DNA from: Bacteroidales bacterium
GTDB taxonomy: Bacteria > Bacteroidota > Bacteroidia > Bacteroidales > VadinHA17
Direction of reading: 5' to 3'
NCBI GenBank assembly: GCA_021738535.1
Contig: JAIPBU010000008.1
Location: 24,921-88,920 of the forward strand
DNA length: 64,000 nt
Numbering within the stretch: the first letter of the stretch is position 1; each line of letters opens with the position of its first letter. The notes under the pieces are model-generated. The model was not told the origin of the DNA and searched no databases. It worked only from the letters and a program-made list of their open reading frames with translations. Below, one piece after another: positions 43,564 through 52,746 of this stretch. The translations under genes and the position numbers were made by a program.

Positions 43564-44316
43564 ATGGAATCAAAGCCTGACGATTACCACATTAGCTTTT
43601 TCAGACCCACAACTGACAGTGCAAGGCGAAATCGCAATATGGTTGTCCAGTTAATACTTGTCTGGGCAATTGCTATTTTCGGCTTCCAGATTTTACTGAA
43701 AATACTTGAGAAACCAACCCCCGAGGAAGCATGGATAATTTATGATTCAGTAAGGGATGATATTGAATCCGGTTCTACCGACCCCCTGGTTCTTAAACAG
43801 GCTTCGCGGTCGGCTCTGTCCATACTTGGTAAAGTATCTATTGATCCTGTTCACAGGGATGCCCTGGATAATCTTATAAGCTGGTCAGCATATAACATAG
43901 CCGATAGTGCTCAGAAGAAGACATTGGTTGAGAAACTGCAAAAATTTGAAAGACTTAAGACAGCGGAGGTGGATCTCAGATCTTTTAATTATAAAAGCTC
44001 GAAAGATGATATGCTGCCTCTTTTACAGGAGATATACGGTCTTGCACCACATGATGTAAGATCAAGGATTGCCTCGGTCCACATCAATTCAGGGCTGATG
44101 CAGAATATGAGCAGGAAGAATATCAGTATTGTGCATGAGGCCATGGATCTTTATCTTGTACATAACAGGTCTGTGCTTACTGATATTAAATTCCTGGGAT
44201 TTCCTTTTCATTATTTCTATACGGCAGTGTTCCTGCTGATACTATTTGTAGGCCTGTGCTGGGTTTACTGTGTCAGAACTGATATGTTCAACAAGAAATA
44301 TGAAATCGCAGACTAA
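43564..44316 (+). CDS. DUF4212-like sodium:solute symporter small subunit with a ~160-aa insertion between its two TM helices
   Basis: N-terminal RRNRNMVVQLILVWAIAIFGFQILL and C-terminal FLGFPFHYFYTAVFLLILFVGLCWVYCVRTDMFNKKYEI resemble the two halves of the ~85-aa DUF4212 family. It lies immediately upstream of an ActP-like symporter. Confidence 0.6.
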   Translation: MESKPDDYHISFFRPTTDSARRNRNMVVQLILVWAIAIFGFQILLKILEKPTPEEAWIIYDSVRDDIESGSTDPLVLKQASRSALSILGKVSIDPVHRDALDNLISWSAYNIADSAQKKTLVEKLQKFERLKTAEVDLRSFNYKSSKDDMLPLLQEIYGLAPHDVRSRIASVHINSGLMQNMSRKNISIVHEAMDLYLVHNRSVLTDIKFLGFPFHYFYTAVFLLILFVGLCWVYCVRTDMFNKKYEIAD

Positions 44317-44340
44317 TTCGAATTTTAAAAATCTCCTGTA

Positions 44341-46014
44341 ATGAAAAAATTATCTCTTCTTTTATTTATAGCCTTGCTTTTATCCCCTGTTTGCAGTGCC
44401 TCTGTTGCTGCTACCCATCTTGAGGGAAGTTTTAAGCTGGGGCCTGCGATAATACTTATAATAATACTTGTTCTGTTTGTGCTTGTGGGAATCCTGTTCA
44501 GGGCAAAAGACACTACTGATTTTTACGCCGCCGGAAGAGGCATCTCCAGGGTTGGCTCGGGTATGGCTATTGCCTCAAACTGGATGAGTGCAGCATCTTT
44601 TCTTGGTATGGCGGCTCTTATGTATGGTTCGGGATACCATGGTCTTGCCTATGTTGTTGGTTGGACAGGTGGCTATGTGCTTCTGCTCATCCTCATGGCA
44701 GGCCAGATACGCAGATATGGTAAATATACTGCAGCCGACTTTATAGGTGACAGGTACTATTCACAGGGCCTAAGGGCAGTAGGAGCCATTATTGCAATAT
44801 TTATCTCCATTGCATATTGTGTTGGCCAGTTTGGAGGCATCGGCCTGATGTTTAAATGGGTGATGGGAATAAACTATAGTGCGGCAGTCATAATAGGAGG
44901 AACGGTCGTTTTAACTTATACCCTGATTTCAGGAATGCTCGGTGTAACAAAAAATATGCAGATACAGTATATAATCATAATTATCTCTTTCATTATACCC
45001 CTTTTCATACTCACGGCAAAGTTTGATTACTTCTGGCTTCTTCCCCAGATAGGATATGGTTCTGTTGTTTCTGATGTTATTGCCGGACTTCCTGTTAATG
45101 AAACAAAGGAGCTTATCAATTCACTGGGACATGACTATGCAGTTGTTCCTTCACCGGAGTTTGCAATGCCCTGGGACCCTCCAACGGGTAAAACGTTTTT
45201 CCAGTGGATAGCCATAGCTTTTTCCTTGATGATAGGAACCGCAGGATTGCCACACGTAATACAGAGATTTTACGTTGTCCCTAAAGCAAGGGATGCAAGA
45301 TGGTCAGTTGTATGGGGACTGTTTTTTATATGTATATTATACTGGAGTGCACCGGCCTACGCAGCATTTGGCAAGGTGTTATCAGCCCATCCCGAAGTAG
45401 GAACCCTGGCAAAAGATGCAATAGTGGTTTATACAGCTCAACTCGGGAATGTTCACCCGCTTATTGTAGGATTCCTTGCTGCCGGAGGTGTGTCGGCTGC
45501 TTTCTCAACCGTATCAGGTCTGCTGGTAGCCGGATCATCTGCTTTTGCCCATGACCTTTATGTAAGGGTAATAAATCCCGAGGCCAGTCCTCGCAAACAA
45601 CTGCTTTATGCCCGCCTGGGTACAGTCTTGATGGCAATAATAGTAACGCTTATCGCCCTTCAGAACTTTGCCCTGATAGGCCAGCTTGTAGCAGTGGCCT
45701 TTTCTCTTGCCGGCTGTACTATATTCCCGCTTTTCCTCCTGGGTATATGGTGGAGTGGTTCAAATAAGCAGGGTGCCATTGCCGGTCTGATAACAGGCGG
45801 ACTGGTATCTCTTATTGCAATTACATATTTTATTGCAGGAAAATCGGGTGTTGAACTTCCTGCACATAGCTTCATTAGCTACTGGCTTGAAGCATGGTAT
45901 TTTGCCTGGATAGGTGCACCCCTGGCTATACTGGCCAATATAATAGTTTCAAAACTTAGCGGTCCTACACCGCTGGAAATCAGGAAATTCCTTATTGAGC
46001 AGGTTCATAGTTGA
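44341..46014 (+). CDS. Sodium:solute symporter family transporter (ActP / VC_2705-like monocarboxylate symporter)
   Basis: Signal-like N-terminus, then DFYAAGRGISRVGSGMAIASNWMSAASFLGMAALMYGSGYHGLAY, closely paralleling the ActP block DFYTAGG..NGLAIAGDYMSAASFLG. Multiple TM helices. 557 aa. Confidence 0.85.
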   Translation: MKKLSLLLFIALLLSPVCSASVAATHLEGSFKLGPAIILIIILVLFVLVGILFRAKDTTDFYAAGRGISRVGSGMAIASNWMSAASFLGMAALMYGSGYHGLAYVVGWTGGYVLLLILMAGQIRRYGKYTAADFIGDRYYSQGLRAVGAIIAIFISIAYCVGQFGGIGLMFKWVMGINYSAAVIIGGTVVLTYTLISGMLGVTKNMQIQYIIIIISFIIPLFILTAKFDYFWLLPQIGYGSVVSDVIAGLPVNETKELINSLGHDYAVVPSPEFAMPWDPPTGKTFFQWIAIAFSLMIGTAGLPHVIQRFYVVPKARDARWSVVWGLFFICILYWSAPAYAAFGKVLSAHPEVGTLAKDAIVVYTAQLGNVHPLIVGFLAAGGVSAAFSTVSGLLVAGSSAFAHDLYVRVINPEASPRKQLLYARLGTVLMAIIVTLIALQNFALIGQLVAVAFSLAGCTIFPLFLLGIWWSGSNKQGAIAGLITGGLVSLIAITYFIAGKSGVELPAHSFISYWLEAWYFAWIGAPLAILANIIVSKLSGPTPLEIRKFLIEQVHS

Positions 46015-46793
46015 TGAAAAGCTTGTTGAAAAATAATAAGACCGGGGCACTCATTATCATAATGATTGCCCTTGTTGCTATTGGGTACTTCATTGCCACA
46101 GGGTATTACACCCGGGAGAATAATTCAGTTGATCCGAGAATAGTACCTGCAAGAGAGCTTTATTCTGATTATGATGAGCGTGCAAAAGAAGGTAATTATA
46201 ATAAAATATTCAGCCTCCTGGACTCTGTTGAATCAGTCTATAAAACATACAAGCATTATGAGGATTCCTATGAGTTGGGAGTTTTATACAATAACAGGTC
46301 AGCAGCACTGATAACAATAGCAATATATAGAGATAGTATAAGAAGCGATTATAACCCTATGTCAAATATGCCCGCTGACAGTATCCTGGCTATTGCTGAA
46401 TTGAATGTTATGAAAGCTGTTTCAATCTATGATGCATTTGTTCAAAACTATGGTAATAAAGATGCTGAGATTGTGAAGAGCTTGATCAAAGAGGATTTTT
46501 ATGATGGTATGCAAAATTATGATGATGAACTTAAGGATAATTATCTGGATAACAGGGTTGACGAGATAATTGCAGCAATTGCCGAAACTGACAGGCGTCT
46601 TTCCGTCTCATATACTAACCTGGGGGTCATAAGAAGACTGCAGGAAAAGTATGAGGAGGCTGCCGTCTATTATAAAAAAGCCATAGAGTTGTGGGACAGG
46701 AATCTGAGTGCAGAGAATAACCTCAATGCGTTGCTGGGGAAACCCCTGAAAAGGAGAAATATCATTCAGAAACTATTCCCACCCGAAAGATAA
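46014..46793 (+). CDS. Membrane-anchored TPR-like protein
   Basis: ATG at 46014 overlaps the symporter TGA (TGATG). One N-terminal TM helix (GALIIIMIALVAIGYFIATGYY). TPR-like YTNLGVIRRLQEKYEEAAVYYKKAIELWDRN. Confidence 0.6.
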   Translation: MKSLLKNNKTGALIIIMIALVAIGYFIATGYYTRENNSVDPRIVPARELYSDYDERAKEGNYNKIFSLLDSVESVYKTYKHYEDSYELGVLYNNRSAALITIAIYRDSIRSDYNPMSNMPADSILAIAELNVMKAVSIYDAFVQNYGNKDAEIVKSLIKEDFYDGMQNYDDELKDNYLDNRVDEIIAAIAETDRRLSVSYTNLGVIRRLQEKYEEAAVYYKKAIELWDRNLSAENNLNALLGKPLKRRNIIQKLFPPER

Positions 46794-46821
46794 ATTTGAT
46801 TGGTAATGAAAAATAATTGAT

Positions 46822-48075
46822 ATGAGAAAGTTACTGCTCACTGTACTTATGGTATTTGTTTTGCTCCCTCTCCTGGCACAGGAAAATTCAGACTTTAGCA
46901 TTACCTGGTCAGGTTTCGTAAAGAATGATTTCTTCTTTGACAGCAGGCAAACTGTTGATGCACGCGAAGGTCATTTCCTGCTGTGGCCCTCACCCGTGGA
47001 TTATGACCTGTCAGGCGAAGACATAAATGCAAAACCAAATTTTAATTTTCTTGCTGTACAATCAAGACTAAAAGCCGCCATAAACGGTCCGGATGCTTTC
47101 GGGGCAAAAACCTCGGGAGTAATAGAGGCAGATTTTTTTGCACAGGCAAATGCTAATATCAATCTGCTCAGGCTGAGACATGCATATATAAAAATGAACT
47201 GGGAGAGATTAGAATTGCTGGCCGGACAATACTGGAATCCTCTTTTTGTAACAACCTGCTTCCCCGGAACTGTTTCGTTTAATACAGGTGCACCGCTGCA
47301 ATCATTCGCACGGAATCCTCAGATCAGGGCCAGTTACAGTATCTCAGGACTGAAACTGGTGTTTGCAGCTTTGTCGCAGAGAGACTATTCCTCAAGGGGC
47401 CCGGAAGGTGTGAGCTCCGACTACCTGCGTAATTCTGCAATCCCCGACATGCATTTCCAGCTTGCTTACAGCTATGAAAATGACATACGTATTGATGCAG
47501 GGGCAGGGATAGCCTACAAATCAATCGTTCCAAGATTAAGTTCAACCATGTCGCCTCTGCGAACATACAAGGTTGATGAAAGGGTTGGAGGACTAACGGC
47601 CATAGGTTTTTTTAAGGCTGTAACCAGTCCTTTGACTGTTAAGACACAGGTAAGATATGGTGAAAATATTCCCGATGTCCTGTCAATCAGCGGATTTGCT
47701 GTAAAAGATGTAGCTGATCCGATTACCGGAGAACTTAATTATACTCCTATGACTAATTTAAGCTTCTGGGGAGAGATCCACACAAACGGGTCTTCAGTGC
47801 AGGCAGGAGTGTTTGGCGGAGTGCTCAGGAGCCTGGGTACGAAAGATCAGATGTCTGATCCCGGTAACCAGGTATATGGACTGGGAACGGATATTTATTT
47901 TCTGTACAGGCTTTCACCACGACTGATAATTAATTCCGGGAAAGTGCGACTGGCTTTTGAGCTTGAGTATACATCTGCAGCTTATGGTTCAGATTTTGAT
48001 CTTAATTATATTCCCCAGTCTGTAAGTACAACAACCAACATAAGAGTATTAACGGCACTTTATTATTTCTTCTAA
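46822..48075 (+). CDS. Outer-membrane beta-barrel porin
   Basis: Signal peptide ...LLPLLAQ. Alternating beta-strand pattern. RLRHAYIKMNW...LLAGQYWNP. Aromatic C-terminus ...LTALYYFF. Confidence 0.7.
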   Translation: MRKLLLTVLMVFVLLPLLAQENSDFSITWSGFVKNDFFFDSRQTVDAREGHFLLWPSPVDYDLSGEDINAKPNFNFLAVQSRLKAAINGPDAFGAKTSGVIEADFFAQANANINLLRLRHAYIKMNWERLELLAGQYWNPLFVTTCFPGTVSFNTGAPLQSFARNPQIRASYSISGLKLVFAALSQRDYSSRGPEGVSSDYLRNSAIPDMHFQLAYSYENDIRIDAGAGIAYKSIVPRLSSTMSPLRTYKVDERVGGLTAIGFFKAVTSPLTVKTQVRYGENIPDVLSISGFAVKDVADPITGELNYTPMTNLSFWGEIHTNGSSVQAGVFGGVLRSLGTKDQMSDPGNQVYGLGTDIYFLYRLSPRLIINSGKVRLAFELEYTSAAYGSDFDLNYIPQSVSTTTNIRVLTALYYFF

Positions 48076-48141
48076 AAAATAATGCAGATAATAAGAAATG
48101 AACATCTTTAAACATATGACTGTTAAATAAAAGATTTTTAC

Positions 48142-48149
48142 TATTTTTG
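48142..48149 (+). promoter_or_regulatory. Candidate Bacteroidota -7 promoter box (TAnnTTTG) for the trp leader transcript
   Basis: TATTTTTG matches TAnnTTTG and lies 10 nt upstream of the leader ATG. No clean -33 TTTG was identified. Confidence 0.35.
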
Positions 48150-48158
48150 CCTTGAATA

Positions 48159-48224
48159 ATGAAAAAGTCAGTCTTAAATAAAACAAGCTGGTGGTGGCAG
48201 TGTTTCTTTACAAGAATATTGTAA
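48159..48224 (+). CDS. trp operon leader peptide (MKKSVLNKTSWWWQCFFTRIL)
   Basis: 21-codon ORF with three consecutive TGG codons (48189-48197). It ends 29 nt before an intrinsic terminator and 80 nt before trpE. Confidence 0.75.
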   Translation: MKKSVLNKTSWWWQCFFTRIL

Positions 48225-48252
48225 GGATCTGATGCCATTAAATGATATTGAA

Positions 48253-48283
48253 GGCTCATCGTTCTTACGATGGGCTTTTTTTG
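48253..48283 (+). terminator. trp attenuator (intrinsic terminator between leader peptide and trpE)
   Basis: GGCTCATCGT-TCTT-ACGATGGGCT stem-loop (two G-T wobbles) followed by TTTTTTT. It lies 21 nt upstream of the trpE ATG. Confidence 0.75.
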
Positions 48284-48303
48284 TAAAAAAACCAACAAGA
48301 AAA

Positions 48304-49698
48304 ATGTTTGAAATTACTGCAGTCTCTCAAAAAATGCTTGCTGATACACTGACCCCCGTCAGTGTTTACCTGAAGGTCAGGGATATTTATCCCAGGGCAA
48401 TATTGCTGGAAAGTACAGATTTTCATCATCTTGAAAATTGCTTTTCATTTATTTGTATGCAGCCTGTTGCCGGATTTGAGCTTATTAATGATGAAATACG
48501 CTATTACCGGGATAATGAAAAGATACGTGTCAAAAAAGTAAGCGAAAACACTGATGTTCCTTCGGAACTGCAAAATTACATCTCATCATTCCGTTTTAAA
48601 GGTACTTCGGAATCCTTCAATGGGTTTTTCGGGCATATAGGGTATGATGCTGTCAGGTTCTTCGAATCGGTTAAGCTGGAAAAGGCTTCAACAGTGAAAG
48701 ATTATCCTGATATCAGGTTCAGTTTATACCGTTATGTAGTTGCATTTAACCACCTTAAGAATGAAATCCAGGTTATTGAAAACCTGAAGGATGGTGAAAG
48801 TTCAGCTATTCCCGGATTACGCTCATTATTATTCAACAATAAGATAGGCGATTATGCTTTTTCTTACAGTAAAAAAGAAGAGTCAAACATGACTGACAGG
48901 GAGTATATGTCAATGGTGGCAAAAGCAAAGGAACATTGCAGGAGGGGAGATGTATTCCAGATGGTACTCTCCAGGTCATTCTCAAGAGCATTTCAGGGTG
49001 ATGAATTTAATGTGTACCGCCGTTTGCGTTCGCTGAATCCTTCGCCATATCTTTTTTATTTTGACTACGGTGACTACAAAATATTCGGGTCTTCACCTGA
49101 ATCACAAATCGTAATCAGGGAAGGGAGGGCCTATATAAATCCTATTGCCGGCACTTTTGGCCGGACCGGTAATGATGAAAAGGATAAGGAATTGTCTCTG
49201 AGGCTGTCTGAAGACCCCAAGGAGAATGCTGAACACGTGATGCTGGTTGACCTGGCCAGGAATGACCTGAGCAGAAATGCAGCTGATGTAAAAGTTGAAA
49301 ATTTCAAGGAGATACATTTCTACTCACACGTGATACATATTGTTTCAAAAGTATCGGGAATAATTAATGACAGGAACAGTTTTATTAATGTGATAACTGA
49401 TTCCTTCCCTGCCGGCACCCTCTCCGGTGCCCCCAAGTACAGGGCTATGGAACTTATCGATCTTTACGAGCCTGCAGGCCGTGGATTTTACGGAGGTGGT
49501 ATCGGTATGATAAGCCCGGGAGGAGACGCCAATCTCGCAATTACAATCCGTTCCTTCCTTAGCCGTAATAATAAACTTTTTTACCAGGCAGGTGCAGGAA
49601 TTGTTAATAATTCTGTTGAAGAAAAAGAACTTGAAGAAGTGAATCATAAACTTGGAGCTTTAAAAATGGCAGTTGAGTCAGCCGGAAAGGAGTACTGA
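48304..49698 (+). CDS. trpE: Anthranilate synthase component I
   Basis: MFEITAVSQKMLADTLTPVSVYLKVRD, ILLEST, NPSPYLFYF, GRGFYGGGIG, QAGAGIV. The ORF-track start at 48232 would read through the attenuator. Confidence 0.93.
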   Translation: MFEITAVSQKMLADTLTPVSVYLKVRDIYPRAILLESTDFHHLENCFSFICMQPVAGFELINDEIRYYRDNEKIRVKKVSENTDVPSELQNYISSFRFKGTSESFNGFFGHIGYDAVRFFESVKLEKASTVKDYPDIRFSLYRYVVAFNHLKNEIQVIENLKDGESSAIPGLRSLLFNNKIGDYAFSYSKKEESNMTDREYMSMVAKAKEHCRRGDVFQMVLSRSFSRAFQGDEFNVYRRLRSLNPSPYLFYFDYGDYKIFGSSPESQIVIREGRAYINPIAGTFGRTGNDEKDKELSLRLSEDPKENAEHVMLVDLARNDLSRNAADVKVENFKEIHFYSHVIHIVSKVSGIINDRNSFINVITDSFPAGTLSGAPKYRAMELIDLYEPAGRGFYGGGIGMISPGGDANLAITIRSFLSRNNKLFYQAGAGIVNNSVEEKELEEVNHKLGALKMAVESAGKEY

Positions 49699-49700
49699 TC

Positions 49701-50285
49701 ATGAAAATTGCAGTGATAGATAATTACGATTCGTTTACCTACAACCTGGTACATCTTGTTAACTCTCTGAATGATACCCCGGTTGATGTTTATAGGAATG
49801 ATATGCCTGATACGGGACGGCTTGAAGAATATGGAGGTCTGATATTATCTCCAGGACCCGGTATCCCCGGGGAAGCAGGTTTGTTGAATAATATAATTAA
49901 GGAGTATGCTGCACGAAAATCTCTTTTCGGTGTTTGCCTGGGTATGCAGGCAATAGCCGAAGTATTCGGGGGAAAACTTCTTAACCTGCCCGGTGTATAT
50001 CATGGTGTTGAAACAGAAATTAGAGCTGTTCAGCCTACGCACAGGATATTTAAGGACTTGCCCGCAACATTTGTTGCCGGCAGATATCATTCATGGATAG
50101 TGCAGAATGAAGGGCTCCCGGCAAATATCGAGGTAACAGCTGTTGATGTGGATAATAATATTATGGCCCTAACTCATAAGGAATATGATGTGTGCGGAGT
50201 GCAGTTTCACCCCGAATCAATCATGACTCCCTCCGGAAGGAAAATCCTTGCCAACTGGATGAATATTGAACAAAATACAGACTAA
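49701..50285 (+). CDS. trpG: Anthranilate synthase component II (glutamine amidotransferase)
   Basis: IDNYDSFTYNL, GVCLGMQ (nucleophile Cys), GVQFHPES. Confidence 0.93.
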   Translation: MKIAVIDNYDSFTYNLVHLVNSLNDTPVDVYRNDMPDTGRLEEYGGLILSPGPGIPGEAGLLNNIIKEYAARKSLFGVCLGMQAIAEVFGGKLLNLPGVYHGVETEIRAVQPTHRIFKDLPATFVAGRYHSWIVQNEGLPANIEVTAVDVDNNIMALTHKEYDVCGVQFHPESIMTPSGRKILANWMNIEQNTD

Positions 50286-50310
50286 AAATCAATAATATAG
50301 AAGAATTGCA

Positions 50311-51303
50311 ATGAAAGATATATTAAACCACCTGTTCCAGCATAAGGTACTTACCCGTGAAGATTCCAGGAATATTCTGCTTAACCTGGCAAAGGGTAAG
50401 TACAATAAATCACAGATGACGGCTTTCCTTACCGTTTTTCAACTGCGTAATATTACTGTTGATGAACTGCAGGGCTTCCGTGATGCCCTTAATGAACTGG
50501 CCCTTAGAATTGACCTGGGAAATGATTTTAATTGTATTGACCTGTGTGGTACGGGTGGCGACGGCAAGAATACTTTTAATATCTCAACCCTGGCCTCTTT
50601 TATTGTTGCAGGTGCGGGAGAGAAAGTAACAAAACATGGTAATTACGGGGTATCATCAACGTGTGGCTCCTCTAATATACTGGAATATTTTGGCTATGAG
50701 TTTAGTAACGACAGGGACGTTTTGCTGAGACAGCTTGACAAGGCTGGAATATGCTTCCTGCATGCACCTTTATTCCATCCCGCAATGAAGAGTATTGCCC
50801 CCATAAGAAAAGAATTGTCAATAAAAACATTCTTCAATATGCTGGGCCCCATGGTAAACCCCGTATCTCCACAAAATCAACTTATTGGTGTGTTTAACCT
50901 TGAGCTTGCAAGGATATACAATTATGTGTACCAGCAGACTGACAATAGCTATTCAATAATTAACGGACTCGATGGTTATGATGAAATATCCCTTACCGGT
51001 GAATTTAAATTACTGACAAGAGATGGAGAATCCATCCTGGGACCTGATTATTTTGGTTTTGAGAAAACAGGAAGTGATAAAATTGCCGGCGGTAGCACCA
51101 TAAAAGAGTCCGCAAAAATATTTGAGGATATCCTGAGTGGAAAGGCAAGCAGGGACCAGGAACGGGTGGTACTTGCAAATGCCGCTGTTGCACTTAATAC
51201 TATTGACCCGGGAAAGCCTGTTGACCGGTGTCTTGAAGTAGCGGCCGGATCATTGTATGATGGCGAAGCATACAAATGTTTTAAAGCCTTGTTAAACAAT
51301 TAA
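50311..51303 (+). CDS. trpD: Anthranilate phosphoribosyltransferase
   Basis: DLCGTGGDGKNTFNIST, KHGN, operon position. Confidence 0.92.
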   Translation: MKDILNHLFQHKVLTREDSRNILLNLAKGKYNKSQMTAFLTVFQLRNITVDELQGFRDALNELALRIDLGNDFNCIDLCGTGGDGKNTFNISTLASFIVAGAGEKVTKHGNYGVSSTCGSSNILEYFGYEFSNDRDVLLRQLDKAGICFLHAPLFHPAMKSIAPIRKELSIKTFFNMLGPMVNPVSPQNQLIGVFNLELARIYNYVYQQTDNSYSIINGLDGYDEISLTGEFKLLTRDGESILGPDYFGFEKTGSDKIAGGSTIKESAKIFEDILSGKASRDQERVVLANAAVALNTIDPGKPVDRCLEVAAGSLYDGEAYKCFKALLNN

Positions 51304-51305
51304 TT

Positions 51306-52109
51306 ATGATCAAGCTAGATGAAATTATTGCAGCCAAGAAGGAAGAGGTGGATGCGAGGCGCAGCCTTAAAACGGTCGAAATTCTTGAAGAAGCAGCAAG
51401 TAAACAGAGGAAGACTGTCTCGCTAAAGAATATACTTGCTTCTGGAAACAGGACAGGCATAATTGCTGAATTTAAACCTGCTTCGCCTTCAAGGGGAGTG
51501 ATCAATGCAGAAGCTGATGTTGAGAAGGTTACTGCTGACTATGTTAAAATGGGTGCTGAGGCCCTGTCTGTACTGACCGATAACAGGTTTTTTGGTGGTA
51601 GTTTTCAAAACCTTGAAAAGGCACGGAAGATAAATGATTGCCCAATACTGCAAAAAGACTTTATCCTTGATGAATACCAGCTTCTTGAAGCAAGATCTTA
51701 CGGGGCCGATGTTATACTGCTTATAGCGGCAGTGCTGAACCGGGAAAAGGTAGAGAGACTGGCACATAAAGCTCATTTCCTGGGAATGGAAGTGATACTT
51801 GAAGTGCATAAAGAAGATGAGCTTGATATGCTGGTAGAAGATGTTGATATAGTGGGCGTTAATAACAGGGACCTCAGTACATTCAAAACAAATATTGAGA
51901 CTTCTATCCTAATGGCAGATATGATACCGGGCAACTTTGTTAAAATTTCTGAAAGCGGAATCAATGACGCAAAAACTATAATACGACTCAGGAAGGCAGG
52001 TTTTTCAGGATTTCTTATCGGGGAATATTTTATGCAGCATAAGGATCCTGCAAAAGCCCTTGGACATCTTGTAGCTGACCTGGAGAAACTATCGATCGGA
52101 AAAAAATAG
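51306..52109 (+). CDS. trpC: Indole-3-glycerol phosphate synthase
   Basis: IIAEFKPASPSRG, LSVLTD..FF.GS, EVH, GVNNRDL. Confidence 0.92.
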   Translation: MIKLDEIIAAKKEEVDARRSLKTVEILEEAASKQRKTVSLKNILASGNRTGIIAEFKPASPSRGVINAEADVEKVTADYVKMGAEALSVLTDNRFFGGSFQNLEKARKINDCPILQKDFILDEYQLLEARSYGADVILLIAAVLNREKVERLAHKAHFLGMEVILEVHKEDELDMLVEDVDIVGVNNRDLSTFKTNIETSILMADMIPGNFVKISESGINDAKTIIRLRKAGFSGFLIGEYFMQHKDPAKALGHLVADLEKLSIGKK

Positions 52110-52119
52110 TGATGAAATC

Positions 52120-52746
52120 ATGAAGGTAAAGATATGCGGTTTAAGGGATAAGGATAATATCAGGGAAATTGCAGGAATGAAACCTGATTACCTGGGATTC
52201 ATCTTTTACAAGGCTTCGCCCAGATATGCAGGTGATATCCTGGATGTTGATACATTAAATGAACTGGATGAGGGATTAAAAAAAGTGGGAGTTTTTGTTA
52301 ACGAGGATATAAATAAGGTAGTAGATATTGCACTGGCATACGGCCTGGATGTTCTACAACTTCATGGCAATGAAAATCCGGCATACTGCAGGGAACTAAG
52401 GGGAGAAAATTTTGAAATAATCAAGGCTTTTAACCCATTGGATAAAAACGACTTTGTTGCAATGAAAGAATACCATGGATCCTGTGATTACTTTTTACTT
52501 GACAACAGGGGTAGAATGGCTGGTGGTAGCGGTCAGAAATTTGACTGGGAAATACTGGATAAATATAAGCTGGATATACCCTTTTTTCTGAGTGGTGGCA
52601 TAGGCCCCGGCGATAGCGAACAACTATTGTCAATGAATTATAAAAATATGACAGCAATTGATATTAACTCCAGGTTCGAGATAGCGCCTGGTGTTAAAGA
52701 TCCGGCATTAGTAGAAGAATTTTTAAATAAAATCAGGATAAAATGA
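52120..52746 (+). CDS. trpF: Phosphoribosylanthranilate isomerase
   Basis: MKVKICGL, PDYLGFIF, LQLHG, FLLD, operon position. Confidence 0.9.
   Translation: MKVKICGLRDKDNIREIAGMKPDYLGFIFYKASPRYAGDILDVDTLNELDEGLKKVGVFVNEDINKVVDIALAYGLDVLQLHGNENPAYCRELRGENFEIIKAFNPLDKNDFVAMKEYHGSCDYFLLDNRGRMAGGSGQKFDWEILDKYKLDIPFFLSGGIGPGDSEQLLSMNYKNMTAIDINSRFEIAPGVKDPALVEEFLNKIRIK

Noticed and set aside
48232-48303. Longer trpE ORF starting at 48232
   Set aside because: It would be translated through the terminator hairpin and T-tract. The MFEITAV start at 48304 matches TrpE N-termini.
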